Positions 38,387 through 49,428 of a DNA stretch of 64,000 nucleotides are shown here, piece by piece. Source of the DNA: an uncultured Actinomycetes bacterium (GTDB lineage Bacteria > Actinomycetota > Acidimicrobiia > IMCC26256 > PALSA-555); contig OY970233.1 of NCBI GenBank assembly GCA_963714105.1, positions 3,393,205-3,457,204 of the forward strand. The letters run 5' to 3'. The position numbers and the translations under genes are program-made. Below the pieces are notes generated by a model. That model had not been told where the DNA came from. It searched no databases and saw only the letters and a list, made by a program, of their open reading frames with translations. Position 1 is the stretch's first letter; each line of letters starts with the position of its first letter.

Positions 38387-40440
38387 ATGGCACGGCTGCG
38401 AGACACCCCCCGGAACGAGCTGGGCCCGTATCTGCGTCAGCACGCGGACAACCCGGTCGACTGGTACCCGTGGGGCGACGAGGCGATGGAGCGGGCGCGC
38501 ACCGATGACCGTCCCGTGCTGCTCTCGGTCGGCTACTCGGCCTGTCACTGGTGTCACGTGATGGCCCACGAATCGTTCGAGGATCCAGACGTGGCCGAGG
38601 TGATGAACCGGCTGTTCGTGAACGTGAAGGTCGACCGGGAGGAACGCCCCGACGTCGACGCGGTGTACATGCAGGCGGTGCAGGCGCTGACCGGTGGTGG
38701 CGGGTGGCCGATGACGGTGTTCCTCACCCCGGACGGCACCCCGTTCTTCGGGGGGACCTACTTCCCGAAGGAAGATCGTCACGGGCTGATCGGGTTCCCA
38801 AGACTCCTGGAGCGCATCGACGAGGTGTGGCGGACCCAACGGGACCAGCTGGTCGAGCAGGGCGACAAGCTGCGCCGCGTCATCGCCGGCAGCGTGACGC
38901 TCGGCGGGTCCGACGGCGCGGAACCCACCGCGGCGATGCTGGACACCGCGGTCGACACGATCCGCCGCCAGTTCGACGGTCGCTTCGGTGGCTTCGGGCG
39001 GGCGCCGAAGTTCCCGCCGTCGACCACCCTCGACTTCCTGGCCCGCCGCTTCGTCCGCGACGGTGACCCGACCACGCTCGAGATGATCACGGTGACCCTC
39101 GACGCGATGGCCGCGGGCGGGATGTGCGACCAGGTCGGCGGAGGGTTCCACCGCTACTCCGTCGACAACTACTGGCTGGTGCCGCACTTCGAGAAGATGC
39201 TCTACGACCAAGCGCTCCTCCTCGGTGCGTACACCCGCGGGCTGGCTCGTGACCCGCGACGCGCGGTACCGGCGGGTGGCAGCAGACCTGGTCGAGTACG
39301 TCCTCGGTGACCTGCGCCACCCGGCCGGCGGGTTCTTCGCCGCCGAGGACGCCGACTCGGAGGGCGTCGAAGGCAAGTTCTACCTGTGGTCCCTCGAGGA
39401 GATCGAGGCGGTCTGCGGCGACGACGCGGCGGAGGTGATCCGCTACTTCGGCGTCACCCCGACCGGCAACTTCGAGGACCCCCACACCGGGTACCGCGGC
39501 AACATCCTGCACGCGGTCGACCGGACCGAGGACCGACCCGACGCGGTGACCCGCGGGGTGGAACGGCTCCGCGCCGCGCGCCGGTCCCGTGTCCGTCCCG
39601 GTCTCGACGACAAGGTGCTGCTGGGGTGGAACGCGCTGTTCGTGCGTGCGCTCGCCGAGGCCGCGGGCGCGTTCGACCGGACCGACTGGCTCGACGCCGC
39701 CCGGGCCACGGCACGGTTCCTCGTCGCCGAGCTGCACGACGCCGACCACGGGTGGCGCCACACCTGGCAGGACGGTCGGGCCCAGCTGATCGCCTACGCG
39801 GAGGACGAAGCCGCGCTGCTGGAGGCGTTCCTCAGCCTCGCCGAGGTCGACGACCCGTCGTGGCTCGACGACGCCCGCGCCGTCGCCGACGACCTCCTCG
39901 ACCGCTTCCACGACGTGGACGGCGGCGGGTTCTTCAGCACCGCGGTCGACGCCGAGCCGCTGATCGTCCGGCCCAAGGACATCCAGGACGGCGCGACCCC
40001 GTCCGCGAACTCGCTGGCCTGCCACGGCCTGTACCGCCTCGCCGCGCTGACCGGGGAGTCCCGCTACGAGAACCCGGCCGGGCGGTGGCTCCGCACGATG
40101 ACGCCGGTGCTCGGCGACCACCCGACCGCGTTCGCCTACCTGCTCGGCGCGTTGGAACGGGACGTCACCGCCCCCATCGAGGTCGCGGTCGTCGGCGCCG
40201 ACACCGACGCGGCGGCGCTGCGCCGGGTCGTGCTCGGCCGGCTGGTCCCCAACCTGGTGACCCTCAGCGCCCCGCCGGGCGTCGGGGGCGAGCGGTCACC
40301 GCTGCTGGCCGACCGGGGGCTCGTCGACGGGCACGCGAGCGCGTACGTGTGCGAGCACTTCGCGTGTCGAGCGCCGGTGAGCACCCCCGACGCCCTAGCC
40401 GCGGCGCTCGACGCCGCGGTTCGCGCCCGCCTCGGCGGGT
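38387..40440 (+). pseudogene. thioredoxin-domain (DUF255/YyaL-like) protein with six-hairpin glycosidase-like C-domain; frame break ~39240; 3' end uncertain
   Basis: '[63 protein letters not shown]'. It continues in ORF 39225..41021. No in-frame stop occurs before the convergent gene. Confidence 0.75.
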
Positions 40441-41102
40441 TAGCGACGACCGAGGTTGCCGGCGAGGGCCTCGGCCATCGCCCAGCCGTACGCGATGACC
40501 GCCTCGCCCTTCTCGGGTCGGACCGTGCCGACCAGCTCGGCCGCGGCCTTGCCGCCCAGCTTCACGTAGCGGGCGTCGAGAACGGCTTCGGAGCCGCCGT
40601 GGGCCTTGACCCGGAACTTGCGGTCGTCGTAGCGGGCGTCGCAGCCGAAGCGGCGGGCCAGGCGGCGACCCCACGCTCGTTCCTCCCCGTTGGGGGAGTA
40701 CTTGGGGCGGGGGCACACGTCGGCGAGCTCGAGCAGCAGCGAGTACGAAGCCGGCTGGGCGATCCGCCCGGCGACGAGGACGTCCTCGTCGGGGAAGGAG
40801 ATCGCGGCCCGCCGGTACAGCTCACCCACGAGCGATTCGAGGCTGGCCCGGGCGGTGCGGCCCCGCTTCGTGGCTCCCAGCCCCCACAGGATGCAGGGGG
40901 TGCCGCCGATCCGTTCCAGCGACCCGAACAGGAAGCCGTGCAGGTCGTCGTCCTCGGAGCAGATCGCCACGAGCGGGAACTGCTCGACGTGACGGTCGAG
41001 GGCCTGATCGTCGACGGGTAAGCCCACCCCGGCAACGAATTGGCCGAGCTCATCGAGCTCGGCCGGCTTCAGGGACACGGAATCGCGGGACTCGACGCTC
41101 AT
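40440..41102 (-). CDS. hypothetical protein
   Basis: ATG 41102, 220 aa, with a coding-like composition. No family recognised (possibly a GNAT-like fold). Confidence 0.5.
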   Translation of the reverse strand: MSVESRDSVSLKPAELDELGQFVAGVGLPVDDQALDRHVEQFPLVAICSEDDDLHGFLFGSLERIGGTPCILWGLGATKRGRTARASLESLVGELYRRAAISFPDEDVLVAGRIAQPASYSLLLELADVCPRPKYSPNGEERAWGRRLARRFGCDARYDDRKFRVKAHGGSEAVLDARYVKLGGKAAAELVGTVRPEKGEAVIAYGWAMAEALAGNLGRR

Positions 41103-41180
41103 CGAAGCCCCATTCTTGCCGACCGACCCCAGAAGCGGCCAGTCGACCCCCAAACCGGGGCGCGGCGCCTCCCGGTGCGG

Positions 41181-42020
41181 TCAGTAGCGCACCTCGGCGC
41201 AGATCGCGTAGTGGTCAGACGGCTGGGTCCCGTCGACGGGGTCGGTCGCCTCCACCCGAGCGGTGGTCACCTGACCCGCGCCGTGCTCCCGCGGGTAGCC
41301 GACGAACACGTAGTCGATGCGCCGGTCGGGTTCGCAGTCGAGCACCGCGAACGGGTTGGTGTTCGACCAGGTCCAGCCCGGCCCCCCGCCGCCGGCGGCG
41401 CGCCAGGCGTCGAGGAACACCAGCCGGGCCACCGGCACCGCGGCGAGACCGGTCAGGAGCCGGATCTCCTCCGAATCGGGCTCGGCGTTGAAATCACCGG
41501 CGAGCACCGGCGGGAAGGTCCGCCGCTCGGCGGTCTCGGCGACGAACTCGCACAGCGCCCGGACCTGGTCCTGGCGGACGTCGCTCTGGTCCAGGCGCCA
41601 GTTCAGGTGCGTGCAGAAGACCTCGATCGGGCCACGGGGTCCCTCGATGTCGGCCCGGAGCACGACCCGGAGCTCGTCGAGCCTCGCCGGCGCCGGGAGG
41701 CGACGCACCTCGTGGGTGCGGATCGGCCAGCGGGACAGCACCGCGTTGCCCAGGCTCTCCGGCGCGAGATCGAAGCCCACCCCCGTACCGAACGCGGCGT
41801 CGTAGCCGCCGAGCGCAGCGGCGATCCGCTCGGCCTGCCGGTCGCCGTCGCGGGTCTCGAAGACCTCCTGGAGGCACACCACGTCGGGGCCGAGGCGCTG
41901 GAGGGTCGCGTCGATCGCGGGTTGGCGCTGCTCCCACGGCCCGAACCGCCACCACAAATTCCACGAGACGACCGAGAGCCGGGTGTCGAGTCGCGGCGGA
42001 GGCGCCCACGCGGCCGACAT
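41181..42020 (-). CDS. endonuclease/exonuclease/phosphatase (EEP) family protein
   Basis: 'LSVVSWNLWW', 'VVCLQEV', 'FCTHLN', 'AGDFNAEP', 'IDYVF' and 'SDHY'. Confidence 0.8.
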   Translation of the reverse strand: MSAAWAPPPRLDTRLSVVSWNLWWRFGPWEQRQPAIDATLQRLGPDVVCLQEVFETRDGDRQAERIAAALGGYDAAFGTGVGFDLAPESLGNAVLSRWPIRTHEVRRLPAPARLDELRVVLRADIEGPRGPIEVFCTHLNWRLDQSDVRQDQVRALCEFVAETAERRTFPPVLAGDFNAEPDSEEIRLLTGLAAVPVARLVFLDAWRAAGGGGPGWTWSNTNPFAVLDCEPDRRIDYVFVGYPREHGAGQVTTARVEATDPVDGTQPSDHYAICAEVRY

Positions 42021-42103
42021 CGGCGCCGACACTAACCTCCCCTCCACGCGCGGCCCGGCGAGGCGTCGAGGAGACGCCACCACCGGCGTGCCAGGAGGTC
42101 CGT

Positions 42104-43309
42104 ATGGGGCTCGACGTGAACCTGCTCGACGGGCGGCTCTACGCCGGCGACCCGTACCCGACCTACCGGCGGCTCCGCGACGAGGCCCCCGTGTACCGGG
42201 ACCCGGTGAACGGCGTCTGGGGGATCAGCCGCTACCAGGACGTGGTCGAGGTCGAGAAGGACCCGGGCCGGTACACGTCGGCGCAGGGGTCACGACCCCG
42301 GATCGTCGGTGACGTGTCGTCGATCAACAACGACGACCCGCTGCACCAGAACAAGCGGCGCCTGGTCGCCCGCCGGTTCACACCCCGGTCGGTGAAGCAG
42401 CACGAGGACCACGTCCGGCGGGTCGTGACCGACCTGATCGATGCCGTCACCCCCGCGGGGGCGTGCGACGTGGTCGCGGACCTCGCCGCGCCGTTGCCGG
42501 CCCGGATCATCTGCGAGCTGCTCGGGTTCCCCTCCGAGCTGGCCCCGAAGTGCCAGGAGTGGTCCCAGGTCACGATGCTCTCCGGTGGCACGTACCCGCC
42601 CGACGGGCGAGAACCGGAACCGAGCGACGCGACGATGACCGCGGTGCTCGAGTTCGCCGTAGTCGCGTTGGAGACCCTCGCGGCACGACGACGAGAGCCC
42701 CGCGACGACCTGCTGTCGGTGTGGGCACACACCGCCGTCGAGTTCCCCGACGGGACGAACCGACCCCTCGACGACGACGAGATCGTCCACGAGGCGCTCC
42801 TCCTCCTCGACGGGGGCGCGGAGACGACGCGGACCGTCATCGGCACCATGTGCCTCGAGCTGATCCGTCACCCCGACCAGCGGGCCAAGCTCGTCGCCAG
42901 CCCCGACCTCCTCGGTCAGAGCGGCGTCGAGGAGTTCATCCGGTGGGTGACCCCGATCCTCAACATGCGTCGCACCGCCACCGAGGACCACACCCTCGGT
43001 GGGGAGACGATCCGAGCCGGTGACGAGCTCCTGTTGATGTACGGGTCCGCGAACCGCGACGAGCGGGCCTTCAGCGAACCCGACGCCCTCGACGTCACCC
43101 GCGCCCACAACCACCACGTCGCGTTCGGGTTCGGCACCCACTTCTGCCTCGGCGCGTCACTCGCCCGCCTCGAGATCAAGGTCATGTTCGAGGAGCTCCT
43201 CCGACGGACACCGGAGATGCGCCTCGCCCCCGACGCCGAGCCGCGCAAGGTCCCCAGCGCCTTCGCGTGCGCCTACGACGCCATCCCCGTCGAGTTCACC
43301 TCGACCTGA
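42104..43309 (+). CDS. cytochrome P450
   Basis: AGGAGG 6 nt upstream of the ATG. 'LLLLDGGAETTR', 'EEFIRW' and 'FGFGTHFCLGASLARLE'. Confidence 0.9.
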   Translation: MGLDVNLLDGRLYAGDPYPTYRRLRDEAPVYRDPVNGVWGISRYQDVVEVEKDPGRYTSAQGSRPRIVGDVSSINNDDPLHQNKRRLVARRFTPRSVKQHEDHVRRVVTDLIDAVTPAGACDVVADLAAPLPARIICELLGFPSELAPKCQEWSQVTMLSGGTYPPDGREPEPSDATMTAVLEFAVVALETLAARRREPRDDLLSVWAHTAVEFPDGTNRPLDDDEIVHEALLLLDGGAETTRTVIGTMCLELIRHPDQRAKLVASPDLLGQSGVEEFIRWVTPILNMRRTATEDHTLGGETIRAGDELLLMYGSANRDERAFSEPDALDVTRAHNHHVAFGFGTHFCLGASLARLEIKVMFEELLRRTPEMRLAPDAEPRKVPSAFACAYDAIPVEFTST

Positions 43310-43371
43310 CCGGCCGGTCCGGGGAACACCCGCGCACCGAGCACCCCGGCGGCGCCGGAGGGCAGTGGCGG

Positions 43372-44640
43372 TTACCTCGAGCCGGTGGGCACGGAGAACT
43401 CGACCGGCATGCGCTTGATGCCGTGGATGAAGTTGGAGCGGAGCATGTCGGGCTCCCCGGACACCTCGATGTCGGGGAGGCGGGCGAGCAGCTCTTCGAA
43501 CATCACCTTGATCTCCCGACGGGCCAGGTGCGCGCCGAGGCAGAAGTGGGGGCCGCCACCACCGAACCCGAGGTGCTCGTTCGGCGTCCGGGTGACGTCG
43601 AAGCGGTACGGGTCGTCGAAGTACGCCTCGTCCCGGTTCGCGGAGTTGTACCAGAGCACGACTTTCTGCCCGGATTGGATGCGGGTGCCGTTGATCTCGA
43701 CGTCCTCAGCGGTGCAGGTGCGCCGGAAGTGGATGACCGGCGTGGACCACCGGATGATCTCCTCGACCGCGGTCGGTGCGACCCCCTCGAAGTCGTCGAG
43801 CCACCGCCGCCGCTGATCCGGGTGGTCGGTGAGGGCCTTCATCCCGTGGCTGATCGCGTTGCGGGTCGTCTCGTTGCCGGCGACGACGAGCAGCACGAAG
43901 AACGACCCGAACTCCTCGGGGGTGAGGCTGTGACCCTCGACCTCCGCCTGGGAGATCGTCGTCGTCACGTCATCGCCGGGATGCTTGAGCCGATCGGCGC
44001 GCAGATCCTGGGCGTACTGCCACAGCTCCTGCGCCGCGGTGAACGCGGCGGTGATCTCACCCCCGTACTCCGGGTCGCTCGCGCCGAGCACGACGTTGGT
44101 CCGGTCGAAGATCGACTGGTAGTCCGATTCGGGGATTCCCATCATGTCGCAGATGATCTGCAACGGGAGCGCCGCGGCGATCTCGCTCACGAAGTCGCAC
44201 CGGCCGAGCGGCGCGACCGCGTCGACGATCGCCCGGGCCCGGTCGTGGACGCTCTGCTCGATCGCCGCGACCTGCCGGGGCGTGAACCCTCGGTTCACGA
44301 TGAGCCGGAACCGGGTGTGGCGGGGCGGATCCATGTTGATCATCGAGCCGAGGAACTCGTACACCTCGGGCGGGAAGTCGGGGATGTTGGTGCCTTGACC
44401 CGAGATGAACACCTCGGGTTTCCGGCTCGCGTAGACGACGTCGTCGTAGCGGACGAGCGACCAGAACCCGGGGCCGGGCCCGAACGTGAGCCCCGGGATC
44501 TCCGGTTCCGTGTGCCACGAGACTGGGCGTTCCGCGCGGAGGGTGGCGAACATGCCCGGCCAGTCCTGACGCTCCCACAGCGACATGTCACCGAAGTCGA
44601 TGGCGTCGACGGAGAGATCCGTCGTCGGGATCGCAACCAT
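43372..44640 (-). CDS. cytochrome P450 (CYP125/CYP142-like by motif resemblance)
   Basis: 'AGNETTRN', 'EEIIRW' and 'FGGGGPHFCLGAHLARRE'. Confidence 0.85.
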   Translation of the reverse strand: MVAIPTTDLSVDAIDFGDMSLWERQDWPGMFATLRAERPVSWHTEPEIPGLTFGPGPGFWSLVRYDDVVYASRKPEVFISGQGTNIPDFPPEVYEFLGSMINMDPPRHTRFRLIVNRGFTPRQVAAIEQSVHDRARAIVDAVAPLGRCDFVSEIAAALPLQIICDMMGIPESDYQSIFDRTNVVLGASDPEYGGEITAAFTAAQELWQYAQDLRADRLKHPGDDVTTTISQAEVEGHSLTPEEFGSFFVLLVVAGNETTRNAISHGMKALTDHPDQRRRWLDDFEGVAPTAVEEIIRWSTPVIHFRRTCTAEDVEINGTRIQSGQKVVLWYNSANRDEAYFDDPYRFDVTRTPNEHLGFGGGGPHFCLGAHLARREIKVMFEELLARLPDIEVSGEPDMLRSNFIHGIKRMPVEFSVPTGSR

Positions 44641-44699
44641 GGGGGAACTCTAGGTCGGGTCGAGCCGCCGGGCCCTGCTGTCCCCGACTGGCCCTCGGG

Positions 44700-45542
44700 T
44701 CACTCGTCGAGGCGCGCCTCGGCTTGGCGCAGCCGACCTGCGGCCTGGTCGGCGTCGCGGCGGGCCTCGTCGGCTCGCTGACGAGCCGCCCGTGCCGCGG
44801 TCGCGGCCGAGCGGGCGCTGTCCTGGGCCCGTTCGAGCGCGCGCCGGACCTCCTGGAGGTGCGCGTCGGCGGCCTGGGCTTGCAGCTCGGCGCTGGCCTG
44901 CTCCGCCACCGCGCTCTCGGCGGCGTCGGCGAGTCGTTGCGCCTGGCGACGCGCGTCGGTCACCGCGCGTCGGGCCGCGGCCCGGCCGGCGGCGTCACGC
45001 TTCCCGCCGCGGCGACCCGCCGGGGTGGCGGGCGGCGCGGGGCCGAAGCCGGCCGGTGGGCTGAGCGCGCGGGTCAGTCGACCGGCCAGCAGCGCGTCGG
45101 TCCACGCCGGGTCGACCGTCGCGGCTTCGAGGGTGGCGGCGATCGTGTCGCGGTACGACTCGGGTTTCGGTGCGCGGCCGCGCAGCGTTGCGACACCCGC
45201 GTCGGCGAGCCGCTCGACCTGGTGTTGACGCTGACGGGCCTGCTCACGCCACGCGTCGGTCGCCGCGCCTGGTGCCAGCGTGGACTGCGCCGCGGCGAGT
45301 GCCCGGGTGGTGCCCACCAGGTCGGCGATCTCGGCGGCCGCGCCTCGGGCCAGCTGGTTGATCGCCCAGGCGGCCAGGTTCGGGCGCCGGCGGCCCCGCA
45401 CGTCCTTCGCTGCAGCGAGGTCGCCGGCCTGGCGGAGCGCCACGTCGAGTCGGGATCGGACGAGCACGAACTCCTCAGGACCGGCGGCGTAGAGCTCGTC
45501 GAGGGCCCGTTCCTGCGCCGGGCTGGGCTCCGAGGCGGCCAC
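44700..45542 (-). CDS. hypothetical protein with long Ala/Arg-rich coiled-coil C-terminus
   Basis: GTG 45542. 'AQERALDELYAAGPEEFVLVRSRL..RRPNLAAWAINQL', followed by an 'AQAADAHLQEVRRALERAQ..' coiled coil. Confidence 0.55.
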   Translation of the reverse strand: MAASEPSPAQERALDELYAAGPEEFVLVRSRLDVALRQAGDLAAAKDVRGRRRPNLAAWAINQLARGAAAEIADLVGTTRALAAAQSTLAPGAATDAWREQARQRQHQVERLADAGVATLRGRAPKPESYRDTIAATLEAATVDPAWTDALLAGRLTRALSPPAGFGPAPPATPAGRRGGKRDAAGRAAARRAVTDARRQAQRLADAAESAVAEQASAELQAQAADAHLQEVRRALERAQDSARSAATAARAARQRADEARRDADQAAGRLRQAEARLDE

Positions 45543-45821
45543 GGCCCTGGTTGTACCCGACCAGGCTCCGTCCGCGCCCCGTCGGGCCGCGCGTGCGGGC
45601 AGCCCTCGACCTGGTGGAATGGCCCCCGGCGGCGGCCACGGGAGCGTCTGGTCAGGTGAACCTTCCCTGAATCGTCTCGGTCGTAGACTCCCCCGAGCCG
45701 CCGAACGGGGCGGGAACGGTCGAGCACGGGAGTTCGGGTGCTGCACGGCGGAGTCAGGGCCGAGACCAGGGATCGCGCGCGGCGCGCGGCGCGGGCGACG
45801 GCGCCCCGGGAGGCCTGAGCG

Positions 45822-47908
45822 GTGGCGTTGTGGGCGCTCGCGGCGGGCTCGGAGGACCGGCGGGCCGGCTACGGGTTCGACCACGACGCCGCGATCGTCG
45901 GGTGGTCCCGCACCGGGGATCTGCGGACGGTCGGCTCGGTCCAGGAGCTGCGAGACCGCCTCGCGCGCGCCTACCCGGGGACCGACCCGGCGACGTTCGG
46001 TGAGTGGGCGAATCAGCTGTGGGCGTTCGGGCACGACATCGTCATCGGCGACCTGATCGCCGTCCGGCTCGAGGCGAGCCCGGAGGTCGCGTTCGGGCGG
46101 ATCACGGGGCCGTACACCTTCGACCCCGGCGCGCCGGAGAACCGTCAGCATCAGCACCCAGCGGAATGGATGCGGCGCACCGCCTGGGATGCGCTCGACG
46201 CGGACCTCCGCCGCGAGCTCGAGACCCCGCTCGCGGTCTACCGGGTTCGCGACCCGTCGGCCCCCGCCGTCGCGGCCGGCACCGCCGCGGCCGACGGCAC
46301 CGGCCATCACCTGTCGCGGCGCGCGTTCGTCGGCGGTGGCGCCGCGGCCGCGGTCGTCGCCGCGGTCGCGGTGTGGAAGCCGTGGAACTCGTCGGGTTCC
46401 TCGACGGTCGCCCGTCACTCGCCGCCCACGACCGGCGGCCACAACACCGGGTCGGGGGTGCACTCCTCGCCGAACGGACCGGTCGCGAGCTGGGTGCAGG
46501 CCGAGAACGCCAAGCCGGGGACGTCGGCCTGGAACGTGAGCAACGGCGGCAAGCCCGGCGACCTCGAGGGGTACGCGAGCCAGGTCGAGCGCGGTGCAGG
46601 GCGACACGGTGACGCTCTACGTCTCCACGACCGCCCCTACCTTCCACGTCGAGGCGTACCGGCTCGGCTGGTACGGCGGGAAGCAGGGCCGCCTCGTCTG
46701 GCAGTCCCCGGAGATGCCGGGCCAGAAGCAGGCGGCACCCACGTTCACCCCCGGCATCAACATGACCGAGGCCCACTGGAACCCGTCGCTGCGGGTCACC
46801 ATCGACAGCCACTATCCGCCCGGCTGCTACTTCTTCAAGCTGGTCGGGTCGAACACGGTGCAGCAGCTCGTCCCCCTGACCGTCCGCGACGACGCCAGCA
46901 CCGCCGCGTACGTCGTGCAGAACTCGGTGACCAGCTGGCAGGCCTACAACGACTGGGCCGGGTACAACCTCTACCAGGGCGCCAACGGCGCGTTCGCCAC
47001 CCGGTCACGGGTCGTGTCCTTCGACCGGCCGTACGCGCTGCGGCCTGGGTCAGTCCGACTTCCTCGGCCTCGAGTTCCCACTCGTCGCGTTGATGGAGCA
47101 GCTCGGCCTCGACGTGACCTACATCACCGATGTCGACACGCACCTCCACCCCGAGCGGCTGCTGAACCACAAGGCCTACTTCTCCCTCGGCCACGACGAG
47201 TACTGGTCCAAGGAGATGCGCGACGGCGTCGAAGCGGCCCGGGACAAGGGCGTGAACCTGGCCTTCCTCGGCGCGAACGCGGCGTTCCGCCAGATCCGCT
47301 TCGAACCGTCCCCACTGGGGCCCAACCGGCATCAGGTCTGCTACAAGTCCGCCGACGAGGACCCGATCCACACCACCAACCCGACGCTCACGACGGTCAA
47401 CTGGCGGGAAGCGCCGGTGTCGCGACCCGAGAGCGAGATGATCGGTCAGCAGTACGAGTGCAACCCGGTCATGACCGACATGGTGATCGTCGACCCGACC
47501 GCGTGGGTCTTCCAGGGCACCAACGTCCAAGCCGGCCAGCACCTGACCCAAGCGGTCGGCTCCGAGTACGACCGGTTCGACCCGAACCAGGCCGGCCCGA
47601 AGAACGTCCAGATCTTCGCCCACTCGCCCGTGGTGTGCCACGGCCGGGCGAGCTTCGCCGACATGACCTACTACACGGTCCCGAGCGGCGCCGGGGTCTT
47701 CTCGACCGGGTCGATCGTGTGGATCACGAAGCTGACCGCCCCCGGGCCCGGCTCCCCGTATGACCCGGTCGCGGTGCAGGTCACCAAGAACGTGCTCGCC
47801 GCGTTCGGCAACGGCCCGAGCGCGCCCACGCACCCGGTGATGCCGAACTACCCCGCGATCGCCGCGAAGTACGGGTCGACGAGCGGGAACGTCCCGAGCG
47901 GCGACTGA
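45822..47908 (+). pseudogene. N-terminal cytoplasmic domain + TM/Tat-like segment + N,N-dimethylformamidase-beta-like (DUF6605-type) domain; frame breaks ~46588 and ~47037
   Basis: Three colinear ORFs (45822.., 46594.., 47090..). 'SRRAFVGGGAAAAVVAAVAVW', 'YRLGWYGGKQGR', 'TSWQAYNDWAGYNLY', 'VSFDRPY', 'GHDEYWSKEMR' and 'GVNLAFLGANA'. Confidence 0.7.
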
Positions 47909-47921
47909 GCCTCGATCCGCC

Positions 47922-49256
47922 TCACTCGCCGGCGGGGATCCACGAGCCGTGGAACCCGAACGGCACCCGTTGCGGCAATGGGACCGTCGCCACCGGCGGC
48001 GCACCGAAGTCCGGGGCGGCGAGGATCACGAAGTCGCTCGTGTCCCGCGCCGCGTCGTAGACGTAGGTCATCACCCAGCCGTCGTCCTCGTCGGCGTCGG
48101 CGTGTCGGGGGACGAAGACCGGCTCCCCCGGCTCCCGCCCGGCACCGAAGTCGTGCTCGACGGCGCCGCCCCGGTCGAGGTCGTACTTCACGAGCTTCAT
48201 GTGCGCGCCGCCGATGCCGTCGACGGTCTCGAGCGCGTAGCCGAAGCGATGGCGGCGCCCCACCCGGCGGGGGTCGACCCGCGGGAACTCGACGGCGCGG
48301 TCGTCGAGCTGCTCCTCTTTCACCGTCCCGACGCCGGGATCGAGCGTCCAGCGGGTCGGGTACGCGGGATCGAACTCGTCCTGGGAACGGGCCCAGAGCC
48401 GCGGGTAGCGCATCACGTCGACCACGAGCCGGCCGTCGTCATCGTAGGCGTTGAGGGGATGGAACACGTAGCACGGTTCGATGTCGAGCCAGCGCACGTC
48501 GGTGTCGCGCCCTCGGCGGGGCAGGATGCCGAGCCGGGCGCCGGCCTGGTCGTCCCAGCGGAACGGGAACGTCCCCTGCACCGCGAGGTCGAGGTCGAAC
48601 ACGACTGGGAGGTCCATGAACACGACGTGCTGCTCGGTCAGGTTGAAGTCGTGCATCATCGTCGGCGCCGGGACCGAGATCTCCTCGGAGTGCACCAGCG
48701 TCCCCGCCGCGTCGGCGACGTGGTAGGTGAGGTACGGAGGCGTGAACCCGTAGCCGAAGAAGTGCAGCTCGCCGGTCGTCGGGTCGAGCTTCGGGTGTGC
48801 GGTCATCGCGGTGGTGAGACGACCGTCGAAGTCGAACGGTCCGACCGTGTCGAGGCCGGCGGTGACCTCGTACGGGAAGCCGCTCTCGACCAGGGCGAGG
48901 ATCCGGCCGGCGTGGCCGACGACGTGCGTGTTTGCCGGCCCGACGGTCCGGTCGACGCGGCCGTTCTCGTCGACGAAGGTGCCCTCGCCGCTCAGCTGGC
49001 GGGTCCGGACGTACCGGTTCCGGTACCGCCGGGCCTTGCCGTCGCGGAGATCGACGCCGTGGAGCATGCCGTCACCGAGGAACCAGTGGGCCGACGACCC
49101 GGTGGACGGGTTCGGGCCGTTGCGCACGAACTGGCCGGCCAGCTCGACCGGGATCGTGCCGGTCACGGGCAGGTCCGTCGCGTCGACCTCAGCCGCGACC
49201 GGGGCGTAGTTGCCGGTGAGGAAGAACGGGAGGTCCGTCGCCGCGGGGGTCGCCAT
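47922..49256 (-). CDS. carotenoid/apocarotenoid cleavage oxygenase (RPE65 family)
   Basis: ATG 49256. 'FLTGNYAPV', 'NGPNP', 'DGMLHG', 'MTAHPK', 'MMHDF', 'VFHPLNAY' and 'PFGFHGSW'. Confidence 0.88.
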   Translation of the reverse strand: MATPAATDLPFFLTGNYAPVAAEVDATDLPVTGTIPVELAGQFVRNGPNPSTGSSAHWFLGDGMLHGVDLRDGKARRYRNRYVRTRQLSGEGTFVDENGRVDRTVGPANTHVVGHAGRILALVESGFPYEVTAGLDTVGPFDFDGRLTTAMTAHPKLDPTTGELHFFGYGFTPPYLTYHVADAAGTLVHSEEISVPAPTMMHDFNLTEQHVVFMDLPVVFDLDLAVQGTFPFRWDDQAGARLGILPRRGRDTDVRWLDIEPCYVFHPLNAYDDDGRLVVDVMRYPRLWARSQDEFDPAYPTRWTLDPGVGTVKEEQLDDRAVEFPRVDPRRVGRRHRFGYALETVDGIGGAHMKLVKYDLDRGGAVEHDFGAGREPGEPVFVPRHADADEDDGWVMTYVYDAARDTSDFVILAAPDFGAPPVATVPLPQRVPFGFHGSWIPAGE

Positions 49257-49428
49257 CGCGCCACCGTAGACCCCGCCCCCCTGGGGGTGGCACCCGGCCG
49301 CGACCCATCCCGACGTCGCTCGCGTCCGGGTCCCGTCGGCGTCGGTCGGGACGGCCGTGGTAGATACGTCGAGTCGCCTCGTGGGGACGGCCCCGCCAGG
49401 GTCGGACGAGCATCGAGAGGAGCCACGC

